From Mycoplasma mycoides subsp. capri (GTDB lineage Bacteria; Bacillota_I; Bacilli_A; Mycoplasmatales; Mycoplasmataceae), in the NCBI RefSeq assembly GCF_018389705.1, contig NZ_CP065581.1, forward strand, positions 330,001 through 362,000: 32,000 nt of DNA, given 5' to 3'. Positions within the stretch are counted from its first letter, which is position 1, and the number at the start of each line of letters is the position of its first letter. This document shows positions 11,330 to 23,812 of the stretch, piece after piece. Position numbers and translations under genes: made by a program. The notes below the pieces were generated by a model that saw only the letters and a program-made list of their open reading frames with translations, had not been told where the DNA came from and did no database searches.

Positions 11330-11517
11330 ATTCAAAAAAAGGTTTGAGAGAAAAAATAGAGATAAATTTAAGATTTTTAAAAAATTAATAAAGGCTGTTA
11401 AATAATAATTTTTCATAGATTTAATTAACTGTTTTTTTTATTATTTAATATACAGATATTAGTTATATTGTCTATAATAATATTAATTTCTTTTAGTAAA
11501 AAAAGTGTGATGATAAA

Positions 11518-12198
11518 ATGGTAGTTATTCCCATAAGAATCTTTATAACAGATAAAACATATTTTCAATTAAAACATTATGATTTTAATTTTGATTTAAT
11601 AACAAAGAAAAATATAGATTATTTTGTTATTTCTAATGGTAAGAATATATTCTATGATACAGATAATAACAAGTTTTATATGTTAACTAAGAAAAATACT
11701 AAAATCTGATTTGACTTTAATTTTTCTGTTATAGATTTTAATGAGAAGTTCTCTAACCTAATAAATAATGTATATCATTATTCAATGAATAAACTTAATA
11801 AAATTTTCTTTTCAAAAGATGGTAATCTTTATTTTCAAGAAAAAGAAAAAGGGAGTTTATTAAGTGGAATAAATTCAACTATATTTAAATATAGTTATAA
11901 ATCTGAAAATTACGATATATTTGATTTTGTTACCGAAATTTTTATTAAAGTTTTAACTGGCCATTATTTTATTAATGGGAATAAAAGAACAGCATTAATG
12001 TTATTGATACAACTATTAAGAATTTTTGGTTATTATTTTTATTTTTCTGATGATGTTAATCTTTTTAAACATTATTATTATGAAAAAATAGAAAAGGAAT
12101 TAGCAAATTTTGTTCAAATGTTGCAAAAAAAGAAAATTACTTATAAAGAAATAAAAAGATGAATATATTTAAGAACAATTGTTGATCTTAAATTTTAA
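11518..12198 (+). CDS. Doc/Fic-like (death-on-curing family) protein (226 aa)
   Basis: Code 4 joins track ORFs 11518-11709 and 11785-12162; contains FIKVLTGHYFINGNKRTALMLLIQLLRIFGYYF, the Doc-type HxFx(D/N)GNKRTA motif. Confidence 0.8.
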
Positions 12199-12239
12199 TG
12201 CACTATTATTTATAGTATATAGAAAAGGAGTGACAACTA

Positions 12240-12380
12240 ATGAAAGATAATAATAGTAGATTCATACCCTGAGATTCTATTTCTGAAGAAGAACTACTAG
12301 AAAATGCTAAACGTAAAATTGATGACACATTTAATGATAAAGAGTTTGTCGCTCTTTTAAAAAAATTAGAAAAAATGTAA
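12240..12380 (+). CDS. 46-aa ORF, candidate antitoxin partner of the Doc-like protein
   Basis: aaaggag RBS then MKDNNSRFIPWDSISEEELLENAKRKIDDTFNDKEFVALLKKLEKM*; 41 nt after the Doc stop, same strand. Confidence 0.55.
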
Positions 12381-12481
12381 TTTTAATCTACAAAGGCTAA
12401 AGTATATTGTTTCTAATCGTTTTATGCTTACTTTTCATATTTAAATTTGTTTGAAAAACCGATAAAAAATAAAGATTAATT

Positions 12482-12507
12482 AAAAAAGAGCTTTTAGCTC
12501 TTTTTTA
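12482..12507. terminator. bidirectional terminator between the Doc module and the DUF285 gene
   Basis: aaaaaagagct-ttt-agctctttttt perfect inverted repeat with A-run/T-run on both sides. Confidence 0.85.
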
Positions 12508-12516
12508 ATAATTTGC

Positions 12517-14043
12517 TTAATTTTTTAATAGATCAACAAATTTTTTAGGTATTTTTTTATCATCAAATTCTGGATGTGAATTAGTGTTAAAACTTGTTAC
12601 ATAACTAACTCTATGAACATCTCAATTTGATAAATCTTGGTTAAATGAAATTGCATTATTAAACATACTATTCATATCAGTAACTCTTGAAGTATCTCAT
12701 TTTGATATATCCTGGTTGAATTTTTTTGCTCCTTTAAATAGTTCACCCATATTTTGAACTCTATGAACATCTCAATTAGAAATATTTTGATTAAATGATT
12801 CAGCTCCTGAAAACATTCTACCCATATCAACAACTCTTGAAGTATCTAGACTAGATATATCTTGATTAAAGTTTTTAGCATCTTTAAACATATCAATCAT
12901 GTTTGTAACATTAGAAGTATCTCATTTTTCTAATCCAATGATTTCTGTATTAACATTATCTTTAAAAGCACCTTTTAAATTTGTAATAAATCCTGGTAAT
13001 TTTTCTGGAACTTTTTTAACATAACTTGGAATTGGTCTAATTTGTCATTGACCATATTTATTTTTAAAATATCCAATTTCTTTAAGTTCAGAGTTGTCAT
13101 TTTCATCAAATACTTCTTTTTGATCATTTTCAGGTTCTGGTTTAACTTTAAAATCAATTTCAAGTTTATCTGAATAATTATCTGAATTTGGAGTAATAAT
13201 AACTTTTTGATCATTTATTTGTATGTCAAAGTCTTTTTCAAAATCAAGATCTTTTAGTTCAGGATTTTTTTCTATAATTAGATCAATAATTTTTTTATTA
13301 TCTGGTTTTAAATCAAATTCATAATTATTAATTTCTTTAGTGTTAATTAAATCATCTAGTTTAGTTCTAATTTTAAATTTATAACCTGTAATTTGACCTT
13401 TATAAAAATGTGAACTAGGTTTTGCTTTAATAGTTACAACGTTATTTTTAATTTCTATTTCAAAATGGTCATTAAAATTAATATTTTGTAAATTATCTTT
13501 ATTTAATTCAATAATTTTATTAATAATTTTTTTATGATCAATATTATCAAAATTACCTAAATTTTTATCTTTTGAATTAAAAACTTGATCAACATTAGTT
13601 TTTTTAAAACTAATTTCTATTTGTCCTTGATATTTATTTTGACTTGGTTTTGCAACCACTTTTACACTATTAGTATCTTTTAATAATACTAAATCAACAT
13701 CATCTAAGCTAAGATTTATAATTTTTTTATAAGCTTTTATTTTATTAATCTTGGTATTAATATGTTTTAAAATATCAGATTTATTTTCAGTATAAAGAAT
13801 TGGTAAAAATCGAGAATTAATATTAATTGTATTTTCTAAATTAATAACAGTTTTATTATTTTTATCATCCTTTCTTACTACTTTTCTTCTGTTTTTTAAA
13901 ATCCCAACAGTAGTTCCTGTTATTAAACTAGTTCCAAGTAATAAACCGGCCAACACAATTAAATATTTTTTCTTTTTCTTTTTATCGTTTTGTTCTTTTT
14001 TGTTTTTACTTGTAATTTTAATATTAGTTTTCTTTTTAGCCAT
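12517..14043 (-). CDS. DUF285/BspA-like repeat surface protein (508 aa)
   Basis: [49 protein letters not shown]...[106 protein letters not shown]... DUF285 repeats; TGA=W in each repeat. Confidence 0.9.
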
Positions 14044-14183
14044 ACATTTATTTTTTATAAAATTTTTGAATAAATTTCAAATTTTTTACAAAAAAACTTT
14101 TCAAAAACAACAAAAACATATATAATAATTAGTTAATTTGTTAAAAAATGCTTACTTTTATTAAAATTGATGTAATTTTTCAT

Positions 14184-14253
14184 AAAAAAAGACTAGAGCA
14201 CGTATGCTTTCTAGCCTAGTTCGATCGGGGCGCGTACGCTTGCTGATCTGGTC
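14184..14253. other. GC-rich structured intergenic element (63 nt, 14191-14253, plus flanking A7)
   Basis: gactagagcacgtatgctttctagcctagttcgatcggggcgcgtacgcttgctgatctggtc: 35/63 G+C in an AT-rich surround; GACTAGA/TCTGGTC and CGTATGC/GCGTACG pairings; T-run on the minus strand. Confidence 0.6.
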
Positions 14254-14317
14254 ATTAATCTATAATATTACAAAAATACAAAATCTAAAAAGGATTATTT
14301 TTGTATTTTTTAGTTTT

Positions 14318-15211
14318 TTAAATATTATTTTCTTTTAAAGTTCTTATATAAAAATTTAGTCTTAATAACTCAAAATTAGCAATTAATTTAGTCATAGTAG
14401 ATAGATCATTTTTTTGATGATAATCATCAAAAGCTTGATAATATAAATTTCTATTTTCAAATTTAATATCAATAGGATAATAACCGTTTCTCATTAATTG
14501 ATAGTTAATTAGTAATCTACCAGTTCTACCATTTCCATCAATAAAAGGATGAATTGATTCAAAATCTAAATGAAACTTAGCAATCTTTTTAATAATATGA
14601 TCATTAGAATTAAAATAATCTTCTAATAATTGTTCTAGTTTAGGTTCGATTAAATAAGGTTGAACTGGAGTATGAACTGAATTTAAAATACTTACAGGAA
14701 TTTTTCTAAAAACTCCAGCATTTAGTTTTTTACTTTTTAAAACAAAGTAATGTAAATCTTTAATGATTTTAATATTTAATTTCAAATTATCATTTAATAA
14801 TTCAGTCATATATTCAAAAGCTTGTTTATTTCCAATTGCATCTAAATAATATTCATAAACAATATCATCATCAATATCTTTACTTAAAATTAATCTAGTT
14901 TGTTCTAAGCTTAATGGACTATTTTCAATAGCATTAGTATTATAAGTATAATTAATTAAAAATTCTTCTAATATTTCTTGATTTAGCTTTTCATCTAGTG
15001 GTTTTAATGATTGAATTATTTTTAATTTTTGATTTATTAAATCTAATAAATTAGCATTTTTTAATTCTAATGGATTATCTAAATCTATTGGAATTAAATA
15101 ATCATCAGATTGTTTAACATATCCAAAGATTTGATCATTTTTAATTAAATTTAAAATTTCATCTTCACTAATATTTCACTTTTGACTAGCTTTTTTAACA
15201 GTTAAATACAT
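14318..15211 (-). CDS. Fic family protein (297 aa), putative AMPylator with N-terminal inhibitory-type motif
   Basis: MYLTVKKASQKWNISEDEILNLIKNDQIFGYV... then TNAIENS (S/TxxxE(G/N) inhibitory-like motif) and HPFIDGNGRTGR, the canonical Fic motif. Confidence 0.92.
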
Positions 15212-15223
15212 AAAAATTCTTTC

Positions 15224-18200
15224 TTATATTAAACGATAAACATTTTTAGTTTCTTCTACTATAATTTTATCTTTAACCATTTGATCTAAAACATGTTGAA
15301 TTTTATCAATACTATTTTGAGATATTGATTTATTATAAGTTTTTAATGTTAATTCTTTTGTAAAATCAGTTGTACTAATTGCCATATTATTAGTTTTAAA
15401 TATTGTTAAGATAAAATGTTTAATTTCTTTGTCGTGAATTTCACTTATTGATCTTTTATTATCATTATTAGTACTTTGTCTAAATTTAAATTCTCATCCA
15501 TAAGGAATTAAAAATTGATCTTTATCTAATGATCCAATTGAACTAATCATACGACTGACTGCTAATTTAACAGTATCACTAACTCTTTGTTGTTTTGTAA
15601 TATCTCTAACTATTTTATAAACTGAAGTTAATAATAATGGACCTGTTTGATTTAATATATAACTAGTTGCATTTTCTAAATCACTAACTTTTTTTATAAA
15701 AAAACCAGTTTGATTTGCTAAGCTATGATATCCTACTTGTTTTATTAATTTATTAATTGATGGATATGTTTGAAATATTTCAGTTGGTTGATTGGTTTTT
15801 TTAACAAATTTATCAGCATTAGTTTGATCTGAAATAATTTTAGTTTCTATTTTATTTTCTTTATTAATATTTAAAAGCTTATTTAGTTTTTCTTCAATTA
15901 GATCAATTTGTAAACTTGGGTTTTTAAATCAATCAGTTGATCAAATTCTATGAAATGCTCAACCACGTGATTCTAAAACTTGTTGATATAATCTATCTCT
16001 ATCTCTTGTTGATTTTGCTAAATTAAAAGCAGAACCATCACATTCAATTGCTAGTAAAAATTTGTTTTGATTTCTAGGATCAACTACAGCTAAATCAATT
16101 TTAAATTCTGAAGATCCAACTTGTTTTTTAACTTTTCAACCTTTTAAAACTAGTTGTTCATAAACTTCTTGTTCAAAAGCAGATTTGAAATTAGAATCTA
16201 AATCTAAGTGTTTTAAATTATCTACACCAAGTTCAGCATTTTTAATAAATTTTTCTAGCATTTTAATTCCATCTTGTTCACTTTTAAATCAATCAACATC
16301 ATTATGTTTGAAATTAGAAACAACTATCATTCCTCTTTTAGCTCTTGAAATAGCTACATTTAGTCTTTTATATCCATTTTGTTTATTAATTTCACCAAAA
16401 ACAACTCCAACTCGATTATTTTTATTAATTTTTCCATTAATAATAAAGATAATAAAATCACGTTCATCTCCTTGAACTGTTTCTATATTTTTAATAAAAA
16501 ATGGTTCTTTAACATCTTCATTAAAAAACGGTAATAAATTAGGATTTTGTTCTAAAAATTTATCTAAATATTCATTTGCTTTTGCTTCAATTTCAGTATT
16601 AAATACAACAATTCCAACTGAATATTTATTTTGATAAGTTAAGATTATTTGTTTTAAAGTTTGTAAAGCTTTTAAAATTGTGTGATATTCATCAGTTTGT
16701 TGATTTGGGTTTGAATATATAAATCTTAATCCTTCATAATCTTTAGGCAGTTTTGAGTTAGGAAAAGTAATTAAATCATTATAAATAAATTTATTTGAAG
16801 TATAAATTAAATCTTCAAATTTAGATCTATAATGTCATTTTAATCTAATAGAATCTAAATTTCCTTCAGCTAAACTTAATAAAGATTCATACCCTGAAGA
16901 AATATCTTGTTCAATACTAGTTTTTTCAATTACTTCATCATTTTCTAATGTATTAAAAAAATTAGTTGGTGGCATTTGTTCTTTATCTCCAACTATAATT
17001 ACTTGTTTTGCTCTAAATAAAGAACTAATTGCAGTTTCTGGTTTAATTTGTGATGCCTCATCAAAAATTACAGTATCAAATTTATAATCAATATCTTTAA
17101 ATAAATAACTAACAGTTAAAGGAGATAACATTAAACAAGGTTTAATATTTAAAATAAATTCTAAAGCATTTTCAAAAATAGTTTTAAAAGACATTTTTAA
17201 TCTTTTTTTAGCAGATTCTCTTTTTATAATGCTGTATTGAGGATTTGTGTTTTCAAAAATCAATGATTCTTTAATTTTTTTATCTAGAGTCATAATGATT
17301 CTATCTTTTGCAATATTATTAATTTCTTTATCTTTAGTTTTAAATAGTTCTAAATTACTATTCATAAAAATAGCATCTTTATTTTGTAATTCAGTATCTA
17401 AAATATTTTGAATTAATAATTTATAAAAACGTTTTAAAAAGATTTGTTCATAATTAGTTGTAATTTTATTTTCAATAATTTTATTAATAAAATCACTTAA
17501 ATCTTTTTCTAGTTCTTGTTTGTAAAAATTAAAGTTAATATATTGATCTAATTGGTGTTTATTATTTATTAAATTTTGTATTAGATTTTTAAATTCTAAA
17601 TAACTAAATTTTAAATAAGTAGTTTTATCTTTATTTAATAAAGTTAAAAATTCTAAATAAGCATCATAAAAACTATTAATATTATTTGTTAGTTGATCTA
17701 ATTTATTTTGATTAGCTAAAATATTTAAAAGTGTATTACTAATAGTTTGATCATTATATAAATTAATCATATTTTCTAAGGTTTGTTTAGTACTTAGTAA
17801 TTGATTAATATCTTTTATATCAGTATTAAAAATTAGTTGTTCATTAAAATCAGTAGCTTGTTTTTTTGTATTAAATAAATCTAAAAACAACTCAAGTTCT
17901 TTAATAAGATCAATTTGTTTAATATCAATTTTATTTTTTAAATTCTTTTTAAATAACTTATAATATTTATTTCACTTTAAAGATAAAACTTTTAATGGTT
18001 TATTAATTGTTTTTTTAATATAATCAATAATTTGTTTAATTTGATTATCATTTATAAAATCTAAATTAGTTCAATTATTATTTAAAGTTTGAATTAATAA
18101 ATTTTTAATATAGTAAAACTCAACTAATTGATTAACTTTTTGTAGTTGTTCATTTAATGTCTTAATTTCTAAAATTTGATTTTTATATAAAGGTTTAACG

Positions 18201-19903
18201 TTTTTATATAAATCTGTAATTTCTTTTAAATAAGTAATTTTTAAAATAAATTCTAAATTAATAGTATTAGTATTTGCTAAAACATTAGCTTTGTTAATAT
18301 AGTTTTTAATATTTTCAATTTCAGAATTAAATTTAGTTAGGTTTTCAAAAATTTGAGTCTTTGTTAAAAAGTCAAGATTTGTTTTATTAAATCCATATCA
18401 TAAATTGTTTTTATAATTAAATCCAATAAGTTTATATGATTCATAAAATCTATTAATTAATTGTAAGTATTGTTCAAAATTTTGATTTGTAATTTTATTA
18501 ATATTATTAATTTCAAAATTTAAATCTAAATAATTTTTATATAAATAATATTTATTAATATATCCATAAACATTATCAAACTCAATACTACGTTTTTTTA
18601 AAAGTACGTCTTTATAATTTGAAAAAATCTCTTTTATTTTTTGATAATTAGAAATAAAACTTTCTAGTTTTTGATCATCTAATAAAAATAATTGTGAATT
18701 ATTTGCTGAATTAATTAATTCGTTTAAAATTTCAGATTTATTAATTTTTGAATCGTGAATTGGAATTGCATATTTTTCTAATCCAATTTTTTTTAAATTA
18801 TTATAAACAACTTGTAAAGCTGCGTTTTTTTCAGCAACAAATAAGATTTTTTTATTTCTTGAAATTAATTCAGTAATAATGTTTGTAATAGTTTGAGATT
18901 TACCAGTTCCAGGAGGACCTTGTAAAACAAAACTTTTTCCTAAAATAGCGTTTTGAATAGCTATTTCTTGAGATGAGTCAGCATCTAAAATTTTATATTG
19001 CTCTAAAATATTTATTTTAGTATCAATATTTTGTTCATTAATAGTTGAAATATCATTATCTAAATTATTAGTTTGATCAACAATTTTTTTAAAAAAATCA
19101 CTTTCTATAATGCTATTAATATTTGCTTCTATATCTTTATAAATATTAATTCTTGAAAAGTCAAAATTAGCTAAATAAATATCATCAATAATTTCTCATC
19201 TCTGATCAATAACTTGGTTTAGAATTTTTTGAGAATAAGTTTTATAGATGTTTATTAAATCATCTTTATTTAAATCTAGTTCAGCATCAATATCAAAATC
19301 ATTTTTTAATTTTTTAACTAAAGCTTCGTTTTGAATAAAGTTTTCAGCTTTTTTAATATGAATAGATCAAGTATTTAAATTCTTTTTTAATTCAATTGGT
19401 AGTAATAATAAAGGAGCATATCTAATTTCATTACTATCATTTGTTTCATATCATTTTAAAAATCCAAAAGCTAAGTATAAAACATCAATTGAGTATTCAT
19501 CTTTTCAAGTTTTACTAATTTTATAAATTTTTTTTAGTGTTAAATCTAAAATATCTTTTGATTCAAAATAACCAAATTGAGTATAAATTTTAGTTTTATA
19601 AAAAGAATTATTTTTATTAATTTCTCCTAAATTATGAGAATAAAATACTTGGTTTTTTAATTGGTCTGTTTTATATAAACCTAGCATTTTATAATTACTT
19701 ATTTCATAAATTTCTTTAGAACTTGTATCAAGACTTTTTAAAAAATCTAATAAATTAGGATAGATTATTTGAATTTTTGATGAAATAGTTTTAGTAGTTT
19801 TAATATTGAAATTTAAAGACTTATTTTTCATTCCTAAATCTAATAATTTATGTTTTCAATTATTAATATTTTTAATTAATATTTCTCTTTTGTCTTGATC
19901 CAT
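15224..19903 (-). CDS. large superfamily-1 type helicase with C-terminal Vsr/DUF559-like nuclease domain (1559 aa; DUF4011-helicase-Vsr-like-DUF3320 type)
   Basis: MDQDKREILIKNINNWKHKLLDLGMKNKSLNF... LQGPPGTGKSQTITNII (Walker A), FDTVIFDEASQI (Walker B), VGDKEQMPP, ETVQGDERD, LNVAISRAKR, LLAIECDGSAFNLAKSARDRDRLYQQVLESRGWAFHRIWSTDWFKNP (nuclease). aggag RBS before ATG; length is a multiple of 3 in code 4. Confidence 0.88.
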
Positions 19904-20174
19904 AATATATCTCCTAGTAGTGTTCTTATTTTATTTTATATGATTGAAAAACATTTAATAAAAGAGACAATTTAAAATAAAAAAATCATAATATTTATTA
20001 ATTTAATTTAAAAAAATACTAAAAACAACAATAATTACCAATATATAAAATTATTACTAGTTTTCTATTACTAGATATTAAAAAAAGTGAAATAATTAAT
20101 AATATAACAATTGAACTTTAATTTATTATATCCAATTGCTTACTTCTGATTTTCATAAAAAAAGGAGGTTTTTT

Positions 20175-21953
20175 ATGAGTAGTACGATTAATGAAAAACA
20201 GCAAAGAGCAAGAAAATTATTTGGTGAAACACCTATTTCAAAAGCAATATGAATAGTTGCTATTCCTAGTTTATTAGCTTCATTAATGGTTGGGCTATAT
20301 TCTTTTATAGATCAAATTTTTATACTACAATTTGTACCTAAATATAGTAATGTTTTTGGTAATATGAATAGTGAAATAATGAAATATTTAGATCTTAGTC
20401 TTCATAATCTAACAACTAATGATCTATTTAAAAGTTATAATGAAATGCTTGATGCTTATAATCAACAAGCAGGCATGTTAAATGCTTCAAAATTAACTGT
20501 AATAAATTCAAACACTATTGTTTCAATTTCAACTGCTTCATTTGCTCCATTAACTATTTTTTCAAATGCTATTGTTTATTTAGTTCCAGTTGGATCTTCA
20601 ATTTACTATACAAAATGTATTGGTAAAAGATTAGAAAAAACAGGAAAAAACCTGTGAGCAACAATGTTTTGAGTATGTATAATGCTTTCGATTTTTTCTT
20701 CATTTTTATCTTTTATAGCAATATGATCTGGTTTAATAGATAAAATTGCAGGAGTTACTCAAATTGATCCAAATATTGCAAGTAGAGCAAATATTGATGT
20801 TTTAAGATTACAAGATTTTTATAATGCAGCTCACAAATTAAGTGTTCAATGAGCAAAACAATATGTTTATATTTATGCTAGTGCAACTATTTTAAATTCT
20901 TTAACTCTTTATTTATCATATTTTATTCGTTCAGAAGGTTATAACACATATGTAATGTTTTGTGCTATTGTAGCTAATCTTATAAATATTGGTTTAGATG
21001 CTTTATTTATTATAGTTTTTAAAATGGGAGTACTTGGTGGAGTTGTTGCAACAGTTATTGGTTGAGTATTTAATACATTTGCATATATTATTTATATAGT
21101 TATAAAAGATCATAAACAAAAAACGTGACTTTCTATTAAAAGTTTATTTATGTTTAAGTTTAATAAAAAATTATTAGGTCCAATCTTTTTACTTGGTTTA
21201 GGTGGTTTTTTAAGAACATTTGGTATAGGATTTTCATTTCTTGTTATGAATCTACTTATTGCAAATTCACAATTTGCAATGCCTGAATATTTCCAATTTT
21301 ACTGAGCAAAAGGTCAACCAATTGTAACGTTATTTTTAATTACAATTTTTGGAATTAGTGATGGAGCAAGAAGCTTATTTTCATATAATTACACACTAAG
21401 AAAATTTGATAGATGTAAAGAAGTTTATTTATGAACAATGATTATTGCTTTATTATATTCAATAATTGTTTATATTTTTGTTAGTCTTACTGCAAATAAT
21501 ATATGAGTATGAATTTTAAATGTTGATAGTGATAAAATACAAGGAACTGCAACATTTATTAGAGTTATTTCATTAAGAATTATAGCTGTATCATTAGTTA
21601 TTAATTCACTTCTTGCTTTTCAAGGAGCAAATGATATTGACAAAACTATATTTTCATCTGCTTTTGAAAACTTTATTTCATTTATAATTGTGATTCCAGT
21701 ATCTTATGGTATTGCTTATTTTGTTTATAAAACAAGTGGAAATAAAGAAATTGCTAACTGAATTATAGTTGGAGCTTTTGTGTTTAATTGTTTGTTAGCA
21801 TCACTAGTTTTAATGGTCTTTTCATATTGATTTGTTTTTAAAAAATTAGAAAAAATTGATCAAGCAAAATTAAGTTGAAGTAGAAAAATTGAACACAAAT
21901 TTTTTCAAAGAGCTCAACAAGATGAACTATTACAAGTACAAACGACAAATTAA
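20175..21953 (+). CDS. MATE family efflux transporter (592 aa)
   Basis: aaaggagg RBS; ETPISKAIWIVAIPSLLASLMVGLYSFIDQIFI... polytopic protein with MATE-like N-terminus and typical mid-protein signature FRTFGIGFSFLVMNLL. Confidence 0.82.
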
Positions 21954-21961
21954 TAGTTTTT

Positions 21962-22025
21962 AAAAAGAACACAATACATTGTCTAAAAATTATTTTTAGA
22001 AAATGTTTAAATAGTGTTCTTTTTT
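21962..22025 (+). terminator. long-loop terminator downstream of the MATE gene
   Basis: aaaaagaacac ... gtgttcttttttat pairing followed by a T-run. Confidence 0.55.
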
Positions 22026-22334
22026 ATATGTAAGAAACATTTTAAAAAAAGATAACTTGAAATAAAATTTTATAAATATTTCAATGTTTTTAATAAAAAA
22101 TAAATATTTATAGATGTTCATAAAATCTTTTTATTTTTATGTTACTCTAGATTTGTTTTAAATAAATTATGAAGAAATTAATATATAAAAAAATAAATTT
22201 AATAAACTTTAAAATTATTTAATTTTAACTATTTGTTATTATTAAATAATTTTTTTATTTATTCTACTTATCAAATAGATTAAAAGATTAGTTCTAATAA
22301 TTAGATAAAATTATAAAGTAACATTGGAGGAATT

Positions 22335-23807
22335 ATGTCTAATATAAAATTTAGAATTATTGATAAATATAGGATTGAATTATTAGAAGATGCTAATAGG
22401 GGAGATATTATAGATTTATCAAATGCTTATCAAATAGATTTATCTATTATTACTGATCAAATTAATAAACAAAAAGATCTAGTTTATTTAGAAAAATTAG
22501 AAAAAGAAAAGCAAAACTGAGAGTTGTTAAAAACTACTCAATTAGAAAAAATTAAAAGTGATTTAAAAGAACAAAATGATGAAGAATTTAAAAAAACAAC
22601 TACTTTAATTTCACAACTTCAAATTACTAACAAATCTCTTAGTGAAAAACTAGAAAATAGTAAAAAAGAATTTCAGAAAGAACTAGACAATAATAAAAAA
22701 ATATGAGAGACTAATAGCGATAAAAATATACAAGAAATTAAAAATGAACTTTTAGAAAAAAATAAAAAAGATTTTGAACAACTTATAAGTCAAAAAATTA
22801 AATTAGAATCAGATATTAAATTATTACAAGATCAATTAAATAATCAAAAACAATTAATAGAATTACAATTAGAAAACAAATATAATAAATCATTAAATGA
22901 ACAAAAAACTAATTTAGAAAATAAAATAAAACAATTAGAAAATAATTTAACACAAAACAAACACCAACTTGAAAATAAAGACTTAATATATAAAAACGAA
23001 CTTAATGAACTAACAAATACAAAAGATAATGAAATTAATAAACTTCAAAAAGAACTAGAATTTATTAAAAGAGAAAAATCAACTAAAAATATTAAATTAA
23101 TTGGTGAAGAATTAGAAAACTATTGTTTAAATCAGTTTAATGAAGCATCGATGTTTGCTTTTAAAACTTCAACTTTAATAAAAGATAATGTTGTTATTAA
23201 AAATGAAGATGAATTAAAAGGAACTAAAGGTGATTTTATTTTTAAAGTTTATGCTGAAGAAGAAAAACAAAATTTATTATTAAGTGTAATGTGTGAAATG
23301 AAATCAGAACAATTAAATTCACACAATAAAAAGAAAAATAGTGATCATTATAAAAAACTAGATGATGATAGAAATAAAAAGAATTTAGATTATGCTTTAT
23401 TAGTTAGTGAATTAGAATCTGAAACTAATGATAGTTTAATTTATAGAGTTAATGACTATAAAGACATGTTTGTTATAAGACCGATGTATTTTATTAGTTT
23501 TTTAGGTGTATTAGAAACTATTGCACTAAAATATAAAGATCTTAAGTTAAATAAATTACAACAAGAAATTATGTTTAAAGAAAAACAAGATATTTTAAAT
23601 GAGTTTGAAGAATTTAAAAATAACTTATTAGATAATGCTTTAAAACATATTGATACTAAAGTTAATGAAATTAATAAATCTGCTGAAAATATTAAAAAAG
23701 AAGCTAATAAAATTTTAGAAGCAACTGAACTTGTAATTAATAAGCATTTAAATACAGTTAAAAATAAAATTAATAATTTTAAAATTGAAAAAGTTTTAGA
23801 ATCTTAA
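22335..23807 (+). CDS. DUF2130 domain protein with long coiled coil (490 aa)
   Basis: ggagg RBS; long E/K/N-rich coiled coil then GEELENYCLNQFNEA...GTKGDFIFKV...LLLSVMCEMKSEQ...NKKNLDYALLVSELE, typical of DUF2130. Confidence 0.8.
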
Positions 23808-23812
23808 TTAGT

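Noticed and set aside
12975-13214. Minus-strand ORF 12975-13214 in an alternative frame of the DUF285 gene
   Set aside because: Overlaps the better-supported frame of 12517-14043; Lys/Leu/Ile-rich translation from out-of-frame AT-rich DNA.
14191-14253. tRNA or tRNA fragment (7-bp terminal pairing and GUUCGAUC resembling a T-loop)
   Set aside because: The GUUCGAUC is not adjacent to the 3' acceptor strand, and D-arm, anticodon arm and total length do not fit a tRNA.
16185-16475. Plus-strand ORFs 16185-16475 and 3102-3317, and minus-strand ORFs 27387-27716, 28571-28759 ; plus-strand ORF 31793-31984
   Set aside because: Antisense to strong family members (helicase, membrane protein, hsdR, hsdM, recombinase) with no supporting RBS or domain.
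22026-22334. Possible small RNA in the AT-rich gap before the DUF2130 gene
   Set aside because: Only AT-rich sequence without convincing stem, promoter/terminator pairing or conservation signal visible by eye.
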